Notes under the pieces: model-generated
Databases searched by the model: none
Told to the model about the DNA's origin: nothing
What the model saw: the letters and a program-made list of their open reading frames with translations, nothing else
Shown here: positions 13,327 to 24,152 of the stretch, one piece after another
How positions within the stretch are numbered: the stretch's first letter is position 1
Layout of the letters: each line of letters opens with the position of its first letter
Program-made: the position numbers and the translations under genes
DNA from: Paragordius varius
Taxonomy: Eukaryota; Animalia; Nematomorpha
DNA: 64,000 nucleotides
Reading direction: 5' to 3'
Assembly: GCA_964247055.1 (NCBI GenBank)
Contig: OZ176052.1
Location: 5,518,001-5,582,000, forward strand

Positions 13327-16300
13327 GCTTCGATCCGGCCTGTACAATATTATTAATAGGGGATATACTTTCATAGCCCGTTAAAATCCTTTGAGGCATA
13401 TATAATACTATAGGCCGCATTTTATAACATAAAAAATATTATGTATTAATCTTTTTTTTGATATGAAATAATGAATATTTACTTTGGACTCTGATGTATT
13501 TTAAACTCTTTTCTAGTCAAGATGAGATGCTAAATAACTAAAAAAAGGTTTATTGAGTAACATATTTTGATTGTTGGAAATTTAAACATAGTACTATTTT
13601 GATTAATGAATAAGTTTGATTGCTGGAAACATTTATATTTACTATTTTGATTGTTAAAATACATGGTTATTATTTTTGATTCTTAATTTATTAATATAAA
13701 ATAAACTAGGTGATAATTTAATTTATAAATATCGCATTTGGTTGTTAAATTAAGATATTTTAGGCGCATGCAAATATTTTTAAAGATATGAAAAACCGCA
13801 TCTCAACCTTTGATGCCGCCATTTTTTTAAATTTTTGGTATATCGTGAATACAACAGACAAATAAATGTATATCATCGTTAAAAAGTATAAATTTATACT
13901 TAGACTTGTTACAACTCACCAGCAATATGATATAAATTGATTTTAATATAAGTGTTCGTTACAATCGTGTTTTGGACCTTATTTTAGTTTCAAAAACTAG
14001 AAAAAAACTGTTAGAATTTCAAGTTTTTAATCTAATGCAGGGAAAAGGGTTTGATAATTAAGTTTTAAACAAAAAAATTTCATAACTATAGTCTGTTAAC
14101 TACTTTAATTCCTGGCATCAAAAACTAACCCAATGTTATCGTGTATAAAAAAATGAAAATGTAATAAACTGTTAATATTTTATGTATAGATTTATTGATG
14201 AATCTATATTATGGTTGAATGCACATAAGAAAACAAGAAGCCCTTTCCCAGGAGGCATAGAAGAAAAAGACTTTATTTTGGATAAAAATTCAAAATCATC
14301 CACGTCCGATTCGAATGCATCTGAAAATTCCGACTTAATTGAATTAGGTATCCTATTTAATAAAACTATCTCATTTTACATTAAAAGTAAAAACATAAAT
14401 TGTATTGACAGAAGAGCTAAGAATCTTATAACACTCGTCTGTTCAGGGCGACAGGGAAGGATGGTGGAATAATTGTCCAATGGATTAAAAACATATGTAT
14501 TCAAGCTCATTTTTCTTCTACTACGTAGAATAAATAAACAACTAAATTGGCCCTTTTAATGTAAGAAAAAAGGCGATATTTAATTACCGAAATGTTTGCC
14601 AATATTTTCACATATATATTAACTTATTCATTTTTTACACCAGCTAAATTAGGCTACAGTGTTAACTTTTTTTGATTGTCAATCGAGAAAATAATGTCTT
14701 TACATGACAGAATGATAACAACAGCTATTTTTTAGCCTCTAATTTATAAAGCCACATTCCCTATCACATGTATTGCAGGCATTTAACTTAACTGACGAAT
14801 AGATTGTTACTGAAATGCAAACTTTTTATTCGCAATGGAATTACTATTTTATAAATAATAAAAAAGCATACAAGGATGATTGTTAATTATTTGTAATCAA
14901 ATTTATAAACTCATATTCATAATACTGATAATATTCCCATGCTTTTATATTTCTTATATGGCGGTAAGACGCCGGACCCTTACACCGTTTAAAAACGGCA
15001 CAATTTTTCCATCATAACTCTCAGCCCTGGGCAAGGAGTTAGTAAAATTTTTGTCCTTAACCTTTAATATAAAAGGAAAAAAGAAATTCTAAACAATTAT
15101 ATGGCGAACACATATTTTTCCGTTTCTATACAATTATTTACTATCTATAAAAATTTAAATTCCCAAAAGCTTACAAACGTTTGATATTTAGACAATATAA
15201 TATATATATATATATATATATATAAGAAGTTGATGACAAAGAAAAAATAGCTGGTAAGATATCTACAAAAATAAGTTCAATTTTGGATTGGTATTATGTG
15301 AAACAAACTATTCTAGCTGGAATCATATCGTAAATAATTTAATTATATTACGTCTAATATTATATTCCAAATATAACTCTTTCTAAATAAAATTACTTTT
15401 TATATAATTAATAATTGTATGTTGTATTTGTCTAGCTTTTTTACAGAATTAATTTATACAACAATGCTTTATGATTCGCATATATTACCTGGGAATCAAT
15501 ATCTAAACTTTGTTTTGTATGGAGCATCTGAAACTTTTATGTGCATATGTGGAACTATCGGTTTAAGGTATAAAAATAGAACTCACAATATATTTTACGA
15601 AATATTTTTAATAAAGAATGACAGGAATTCTTTGCATTTTACCCTATCAGAATATATATATTTTTTCAGGAAATTTTTCCGTTTTTTGTGGCTTACCAAT
15701 TGTCCATTGTGTTATATTACATTTTGGAATCCAAATATATATCCCTGATATTTTTTGTTTTTTGAATGATTATTATGATATTTTTTCCAAATATACGAAA
15801 GCGGTAAAAATAGAACACCTTGAAAAAAAAGACCGGCCAAAAAAATATCTGAAATATTTAAATTTTTCATTTTAGGTATGGAAGAAAATTGCCTATAACT
15901 CTAAGCAACATAGTAATTATACTGACACTTATCACAAAATTTCTAATTAAAGGTAAATTAATATATTAATATAATCCATGCATTGATAATAATTTTGTGG
16001 TTTGCAAGAATATGTTTTCTGTTAATACCAATCCAACAATTTTAAATTTACACTCGTAAATCTTTTCTATGGTCGTATAGTATACCTAGATTATAGAGTA
16101 AAATTCTATTTCTTTTATATTTAAAAGAATTAATATTGAAAATATTAATTTGATTTTTTATAATTTAGTTAAAATAATCAAATGCAATGCAGCTATAAAA
16201 AATAAAAAAATAGTGAAAAATCTTGATATACACAATCACTCATTATATAAAACAATAGTTTTTGTGTCTTTAATAAATGTTATATTTTTTTCGGAACAAT

Positions 16301-19300
16301 CTCTCATATATATTTATAATATATAAATATTTAATTTAATCAATTTATTTTGATTCTCCTAATGTGCCAAAAATCTAAAATACGTAATTATATGTTTAAG
16401 CGTATAATTTCCCTTTTATCCACATCGTTTTCAATAATATTTTCACATTAGAATATATTACACGTGCTCAGCAAAATATAAAGGTTAATGAATCATATAT
16501 CATTAGATATCTAAAAGCCTCAAAATAATGAATATCGAAATGATATATGCGGTTAAAACACTAGAAAAAAGTTATTCTTATTTTATTAGCCAAAAAATCG
16601 CATTTTTTCGCATATAGGTCAAATAAAATTAAATACAATAGTTGAAAACGCGTCAACTAAATTTTATTTGTTCAAATACAGCATAAAAATGATTCTGAAC
16701 GCAAAATATTTGCAACAAAAATTTTACATTTTTTCGGAGGGTCCCAGAAGTCCAAGAATATAAGCTGAAAATCGCACTTTGACATCAAATTTGAATCAAA
16801 AAAACCTATTAATATGCGGTATTAGATTTTAATTTTTATTAAAACAATTATATATTAACTCTATATATAGAGTTTACCCAAATATAGTGCCTTCAAAAAA
16901 AATTTAAGCCTTATATAAAAAAAATTTTTTCGATAATTTGCACCAAAGCGGAAGCTGCGTATAATTTTTTCAAAACATCCAATATATATTATATATACTT
17001 TTTCCATACCATTCGATGAAATTTTTTTTATCATCTCCTAATTTTCCGGTATAAAAGCCAAAATGGCGCCTAAAATATATAATGATGATTTTCGGGTAAA
17101 AAATTCCCTAAATCAAAAATCTAAGATGATAGATCTTTTTTTCCGCATTGAATCGTATGTAAAAATTATAATATATATTGGATGTTTTGTAAAAATACGC
17201 AGCTCCCGCTTTGGTGTTAATTATCAAAAAAAATTTTTTTTAGGCTTAAATTTTTTTGAGACAATATATTGGTTAGACTCTATATATACAGTTTATACAT
17301 GATTGAATCTTTTACCGCATATTAATAGGTTTTTGTGATTCAAATTTGATGTAGAAGTGCGATTTTTAGCTTATATTCTTGGAATTTCTTTTGGAACCTC
17401 CGAAAAAATGTAAAAATTTTTCTTGATAATATGTTGAGTTTAGAATTATCCGTCTATATTGAACAAATAAAATTTAGTTGACGCGTTTTCTCTATTGTAT
17501 TTAATATTATTTGACCTAATATGCGAAAAAATGCGATTTTTTGGCTAATAACAGGTAATCAGAATAAGTTTTTTTCTAGTATTTTAACCGCTATTAGTTA
17601 TCCTGAGACTTTTACCTATCTATTTATGATTCATTAACCTTTATTTTATATCCCCATTTTTGCCGCACTGTTTTATGGCTATTTTCTTTCATCAGTTTTT
17701 GGGCCAATAAAAAATATTTTTGTTTATTAACTTTAACATATTAAAAAAGGTTTCCTATTGACCATTTTATGCGAACGCTATCATAATATTAACTTTTTTT
17801 ACTGTATTTTCATGTTATTATAATATATTTTTAATTAGATCACTCACATTCATTGAACCTTGCATTATTATTGATTATGAGCGTTGCTAATGGAACAGTT
17901 TTGTACATGATTCTACTGTACTTCTCCGAATTGTATCCCACATCTATTAGGTAAATCAATTTTTTAATTTAAAAAAGCTCATTTAATAACGCGGTTTCAG
18001 CCTTTTCCAAATGCTCCGGCCTAGTCATAAGTCATTACTGGTGAAACTATTATAGGACGTCATCGAAAACTACGCAGACGAATAATTTGACACAGGCTAA
18101 ATTTTGTTCATTTGTGACCTAAATTGAGTCCCCCAAAAACTAGCGTCTTAAGCTTATCATCCTTCAGTCATCATTGGTGTGTGTGAAAGTGCTCTATTGG
18201 TTGACACATGTGAAATATGATTTTGAAAATTTAAAAGTTGTGATTTCAATACCAAAGAGAGTGGGCATGTTGGTATATCACACCATGTAAAGGCGATAAT
18301 GTTCAGAAATTATTAGAGTATGGCCTAACTCAATCTCAACGAGCAGAAACATTACATGTGTCGCAAAAAACAATCAGGCCTGCTAGCTCTTGGAAAGATC
18401 AATAAACTTGGTATATGGGTCCCACAAATTCGAATGAACATCAAATCAAAAACCACAAAGTGACTCGTAAACCACTGGTTCAACGGCACGAAGAAAATCA
18501 TTTTTTGTATCAAACTTTAACGGGATATGAGAAGTGATTTTATATATAAATCTAAAACAAAGGCGAAAAATGCGGCAAGAAGACCATACTCTTTGTCTAA
18601 TAGGACCAATGAGGTATTGTACATAATAAATTTTTGAAGCCCAGTAAAACCGTTAATACACAACGCTATCACAACAAAAAAATATTTAACCAATGAATTA
18701 ATCGAAAAACGAAATGGCCCAGATAAGACACAGCAACCGCTTTAAAATTGCTTCAATGGGAAACTTTTCCACATCGGCTCTACCCTACTGATTTTCTGAC
18801 TATACCTTTGCATCGATGGGACACATATTTTTTATGACCCCTTAGTGTGTTATACGATAGTTTTGAAATTACGGCAAAATAAAAACTTTGTATATTTATT
18901 ACTATAAAATATATAATTAACACTTCGATTCAAATTGGGGTATCTAAATACCCCGGACTAAATTTGAGTTAGGATTTTTAAAAAACTAGTGAAGGAAACG
19001 GTCCCAATTTAAATTTATGCTTCTATCCAAATAAAAATTATATAAATATGCCAAAATAACTAAATAAAATTTTGTTTTGAAAAAAATGTTTCATGTCTAA
19101 CTACTTCGAGCCCCATTTTTATTTTACAATTTTTTTTGTAAAATATCGTCTTCATTTAATATTAAGGGTAAAATCAATGCTAATTTTTTATCTAACACTT
19201 CGATTCAAATTGGGGTATTTAAATACCCTAGACTAAATTAGAGTTAGGTTTTTTGAAAAACTACTGAAGGAAACGATCCCAATTTAAATTTATGCTTCTA

Positions 19301-21191
19301 TCCTAATAAAAATAATATAAATATGCCAAAATATCTATTTAAATTTTGTTTTGAAATAAAAGTTCCATGTCAAACTACTTCGACGCCATTTTTATTTTAA
19401 AAATTTTTTGCAAAATATCGTCGTTATTTAATTTTAAGTGTAAAATAAGAGCTAATTTTATATTTAAATTACATCTAACATTGATAGAAATAGAAACGGT
19501 TTATTTTGTATTATTTTTCAATTTTACCATTGCACACATGTCTCGCTGACTAAATTTTTACCTTTCGGTTTTAGCTTAAAATAAGTAAAATCAAGTATTT
19601 TTGAATACAATTTTTTATATATTTCAGTTTATTAATGTTATATAAGTGCAAAATTTTGCCATGGTTTCGATTCCTTCCATATTTTTTAAAGAATTTAATT
19701 TTAAACAGGCCTAGGGTATTTAACTACCCCAATTTGAATCGAAGGACTAAAATGAATGTGTTGTATCCAAGTGTTAAATAACATCTAACATTGATAAAAA
19801 TACAAAAAGCCGTTTATTTTGTATTATTTTTTAATTTTACCATTACACACATGACACGTTGAATAAATTTTTACCTTTCGGTTTTAGCTTAAAAAATTAG
19901 ATTTTGAATAAAACTTTGTATGTATTTCGGTTTATAAATGTTATATAAGTGCAAAATTTTGCCATGGTTCTGATTCCTTCCATATTTTTTAAAGTATTTT
20001 ATTTTAAACAGGCCTGGGGTGTTTAGCTACCCCAATTTGAATCAAAGGACTAAAATAAATGTATTGTATCCAAGTGTTAATACAATACTTTATTATATAC
20101 TATTCATTTTACAAAGTTATTATCAATACAAATTTTTCTGTTAGGAATATTATTTTATTTAAAATTATATTATTAACTTTAGAAATAGTGGAACAGGTAT
20201 TGCCTCCTCCTGTGGCAGGATTGGTGCAATCTTTTCCCCATTCATCTCCCATTTGGTTTATAAATATTTTATTATTTTAGTAAACATACTTCATAATCAT
20301 CCAAAAAACCTTGTCATTCGGTGTTGCAGCATAAATCATTAAAATGTAACATTGCATTACATTTTTTATGTTTATGCTAAAAACCGCAAAAAAGTAAACG
20401 AGTATATACAAAAAATGGGCTGTTTGTTAATATATGTATGAAAATCGATTTAATGAGTATATATATATATATATAAACTGGAAACCAAATTATGGGGACG
20501 CAAAATTGTTTTTAAGATGTGTGATTATGTAATATCATTAGGGCAATCACTCTAAAATTAGCGCTTACCAATGTGTATGTATGATCTTAACCAAACAATA
20601 ATTAAATATTAAATATGCATATAGAAATCATATTTTCATTGAAATTATCTTAAAGGGATATACAATTTTTTTCCTTATTAAAATTCTTCATAAAAAATAT
20701 AAATTGTTAATTATTATGTATTATATGTCAAATTTTTGTGATAAATTTTGAAAAGAAAAGATATACGTTTCTTGCTGTAAATATATTAAATAATAATATT
20801 ATTAAATCAAATTAAATTCGCCTTCTCCTACGTAGAGGCATCTAAATTGAAATTATTTGTAATTTAAAGACTTGATTGATATTATAACATTTTAATTTAA
20901 AATACAATATGTGATAGGTTAAATGATAACCATTCTCAAACCATAAAACCCAATGTTTTATGAACAAATTTAACAAATATTTTTTATAATTATTGTAGAT
21001 TATCCTATAAGAATATATTTAAATATATACTCTAATATCCTATTAATATAACGTTTTAACAAATTAATACTTTTTAGAATAGCAAATACCCTGCAAGCTT
21101 TGGATTATTTATAATGATGTCTTTGGTGATTATATTATGCGTTTGGATGCTGCCTTCCACAAAAAAATCAAAATATTTTTCTGACGAATGA
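11356..21191 (+). CDS. SLC22-like organic cation/anion MFS transporter (multi-exon, divergent)
   Basis: Exons give WNLVN...LSDKFGRK; VVQGFSYG|GISICSVVLLSE; FIDESILWL; LPGNQYLNFVLYGASE; YGRK; YFSELYPTSIR|NSGTGIASSCGRIGAIFSPF; last exon 21078-21191 ...MLPSTKKSKYFSDE*. Exons 2-3 are uncertain. Confidence 0.85.
12354..12774. mobile_element. TA-flanked MITE containing a G-tract and a fragment of the 5296-type hairpin
   Basis: TA|CAGTAACGAGAG...CTCTCGTTACTA|TA. Confidence 0.55.
13690..14175. mobile_element. Degenerate copy of piggyBac-like MITE family 2
   Basis: Shares internal segments with the 59143 copy (ttttaggcgcat, caatcgtgttttggacc) and ends ...aaaatgtaataaactg|ttaa. Left end approximate. 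Confidence 0.5.
14959..15041 (+). mobile_element. Probable tRNA-derived SINE, copy 2
   Basis: Matches the reverse complement of 52699-52790 (gcgccggacYcttacac...caatttttccatcat...tcagccctgggca). Confidence 0.45.
16482..17640. mobile_element. ~1.16 kb foldback element in an SLC22 intron
   Basis: Arms of ~530 bp are complementary, with a ~140 bp spacer (~17010-17150). Ends aggttaatgaatcat / atgattcattaacct. Target-site duplication (TSD) ambiguous (TA or degenerate TTAA), so the superfamily is not assigned. Confidence 0.8.
18053..18845 (+). pseudogene. Degraded, internally deleted mariner transposase (DD34D class)
   Basis: Frameshifted fragments: LGKINKLGIWVP (WVPHEL region), HFLYQTLTGYEK*ILYIN (TGDEKW), LKPSKTVNTQRY, LLQWETFPH, DYTFASMGH. 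Weak terminal similarity; ends approximate. Confidence 0.75.
18921..20076 (+). mobile_element. piggyBac-like MITE family 1, copy A (outer, interrupted by copy B)
   Basis: TTAA|CACTTCGATTCAAATTGGGGTA ... TTGTATCCAAGTG|TTAA. Confidence 0.85.
19196..19773 (+). mobile_element. piggyBac-like MITE family 1, copy B nested in copy A
   Basis: CTAA|CACTTCGATT...GTATCCAAGTG|TTAA; copy A resumes immediately after. Confidence 0.85.
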
Positions 21192-21390
21192 ATATAAATT
21201 TATAGAATGTTATAAGGAATAAACTCAAATATACAGCGTATTTATTTATTATATGTAGCCATTCACAAAATTAAATTACCAAACACATGGAAAAATTCAA
21301 TGTATGTACGTTGATAAATTTGTTTGAGCATTAGAGTAAAATTATAAAAATGACCAATATACCCTTTCAATTAACTGTATTTTAACAAAA

Positions 21391-23925
21391 TTAGGCAGAT
21401 AAATTTGTTGAAGTATGGTGAGTCAATTGTTTATGGTTTAGTTTTGTTTCCAAAATATGTAAGAGATCGGATTTGGTTAATTGAAAATTGGAACGTTTCC
21501 AATCATTTTTGAGCTCTTGTAGGATTAAGGCATACCTAGGCCCCTTAGGGATATCAAAAGATGCAAGATCTGTCCCCCTAATTGGAAAGTGGGGTATGGG
21601 AGTCTCCAAAAATTGCAGTAACAAATCAACTTTACCGGAGTATCTAAGGAATTGAATGATACAATCCCTACAAGTGTTTCGACATTTAGCATCTACCATA
21701 TGATCTATGAAATATTTACAGGACGATAATTGCACTTCCTCCTTATTAATAGCAAAATGTTCTCTCTGCTGAATTATGTATGATGCTATTTGTAATTCAT
21801 GATTGGATAGTTTTATCCGTTGATTAAGTATCTTGAGGTCAGATATGTCATTCAACAAAGCAGTTAAAATTGTAATGGGGTTAATTACTAAATTCGAATG
21901 AAGAGAATGATGTGTAATAGTGTCTTTTCTTGAATTAGAAATACCATTTTCTACAGCCGAGAATATTTGGTAACTTTCGTCTTCAATGTTAACAATTTTT
22001 TCTGTAGTTTCAACATTTTTACAAACACAATTGAGTTCTAGACTACGTTGGGTGGTTAAAATTGGAGGTAAACCCAAGTATGTAGCCACTCCGGTTTCAT
22101 AGATCTTATGGAGTAAGGATGCATTGTGATTCCCTAAACATATCTTTTTTAGTTCTGACCATAACCGTTCACCAGATATACCGCTTAAACCTTGAAAAAA
22201 CACAAATTATATTGAAAAATTATATTAATTTGAAAGTAAATAAAGCAAAAAAATTAATAAAGATGTAATCATTACAGTCATGTATGTTTAGAATTGTCAA
22301 ACATACGTTTTTAATTGATTTTACTTTGTTTTTTATTGTTATTATTTTCGATATGTCAACTTTCAACATGCGCATTTTTAAGCCTTAAAATAATAATAGC
22401 CTATTTATTGTAAACAATTAAAAACAAGATAAAATCAATTAAAAACGAATGTCTGACAATTCTAAACATAGATGACTGTAAGTATATTTCCTTCAAATTA
22501 ATTAGAAACAACCAAAAAAATATGAAAAATTTGTGGCAAGGTGTAAAATGATTTAAGGTATTATAAAAATTACCCGAAGCATTTTTGGCAATTATGTCTA
22601 ACGTTTGTGGTTCATGTAAATCCGGTGCGGAAACAATTTTACCGTAAAATCTGAAGTATCTAAGTATGCGAAGATAATCTTCTTTAATCCGTTTTTCTGC
22701 GTCCCCAACAAAAGCTATGCGATGTTTTTGGAGATCATCATATCCGCCACAAAAATCGTATAAATTACCTGCAAAATCTAAGTATTTTAAAAAGTGAAAA
22801 TGTTATTTGATGAAAATAATTTAAAAACTAAATCTAAAAAAAACGGAATTAATACATGCCGACCAAATCCAAAAAAGTAGCAGTCACTTTTAGATATTCT
22901 GCAAAAAATCTATGCAAGGAATTTTTTGACAAGGCAAGTGAAAATTTAAACCCTAATCTCAACTTATATACAATGTATTTTGGGAAGATTATAGTAAACT
23001 TCAATATTAAAGTGTTTAAGCCCAGTTACCACCAATTTACATACCATTTAAAACCTAATTCACCCTTGAATTTTTTTATTTACTTTAACATATAGAATTA
23101 ACACTCGAGCAATTCACCCTTAAAAAAATTATGCTTTTTTGAATATCAAAAATTACTTATAATATGGTTTGGTTAAAATTAATATATACAGTAAAAATAA
23201 TAAAATATGCCATATAAAATTTCTTATTATATTAGACAAAAAACAATTTATTTTTACTAGGGTGAATTTGAAGTCAAAATGGTATATATGCATAAAAAAG
23301 TACCCAAAAACATAGAATTGATTGTCAAATCTCGACGGTGTGCGTCTAAAGACCAATCCTCAGTGAATTCAACTTGAGCATGGCGTCCATCAGTTATTTT
23401 ATCAATTCTCAAAGTGGTAATTTCGTAATTTACTCTTTTATTTCAAAAAAAAAATTTAAATTTTTTAAAAAACGATATTAAATATTATACAAAAATTTAC
23501 TTATCGTTGATTCGTATGGTTATGGTTCCATGTTTTTCGCCATTTTTATTTAATATGCGAATTTTTTCAGCGGTAAATATATTTTTCATAGCAGACGGCA
23601 AAGCATTGGTAGCAAAATCCAGGTCCTCGGGAACTTTCCCCATGATAATATCTCTAACAGGGCCGCCAGACAAACAAATTTGGTAACGATTTTTAGCAAA
23701 AATTTTACTTAGTAATTCAAGTTCAGGAGTAAATATTGCTTTAAAATTGGGGTATTTGGAAATGTTCATTTGGAAATTTGCACGTTTAAGATAGGATATG
23801 GTATTTGTGCTGTATCTTTGGTTTAAATTAATGCTTATATCATTATTCAACAGCGGTAAAATGTCTTTTATTATTGTTACTAGGGGTTTTTTGATTATCA
23901 AAAATGGTTTTAGGAATGTTTGCAT
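21391..23925 (-). CDS. TRNT1: CCA tRNA nucleotidyltransferase (class II), 4 exons, N-terminal mitochondrial presequence candidate
   Basis: Exons 23925-23501, 23434-23304, 22777-22574, 22190-21391. Motifs: SGGPVRD..DLDFAT (catalytic DxD), [64 protein letters not shown]. Confidence 0.96.
22275..22478. mobile_element. TA-flanked hairpin MITE in TRNT1 intron 3
   Basis: TA|CAGTCATGTATGTTTAGAATTGTCA...TGACAATTCTAAACATAGATGACTG|TA. Confidence 0.8.
23042..23284. mobile_element. Hairpin MITE with subterminal AATTCACCCT repeats (copy 1, TRNT1 intron 2)
   Basis: taccattt...aaatggta ends; aattcaccct / agggtgaatt repeats. Same family at 29119 and 39333. Confidence 0.65.
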
Positions 23926-24127
23926 TTAGATCCGTAGTATTTGTACTTTCAGTTTGGTGGCGTTGAAGCCGTTTTTCATCAATCGTTTTTCCAAATATAT
24001 TATCTAAATTTCTTTGCTTACGATAGCGACTTTCCAAAGTATACCCTATATAACCAACTACAATTGTAAAAGGTAATAGAATATATGGTGATTTTTGAGT
24101 TACAACTTTAATCAGAGTAGACCACAT
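23843..24127 (-). CDS. SMIM12: Small integral membrane protein 12 (UPF0767 family), 94 aa, single exon, overlapping TRNT1
   Basis: MW...SPYILLPFTIVVGYIGYTLE...KTIDEKRLQR...IPKTIFDN parallels recalled human MW...[20 protein letters not shown]...KSISERREDR...APKAVL. Confidence 0.85.
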   Translation of the reverse strand: MWSTLIKVVTQKSPYILLPFTIVVGYIGYTLESRYRKQRNLDNIFGKTIDEKRLQRHQTESTNTTDLNANIPKTIFDNQKTPSNNNKRHFTAVE

Positions 24128-24152
24128 TGAAAATCCATGAATTCATAAAGAC

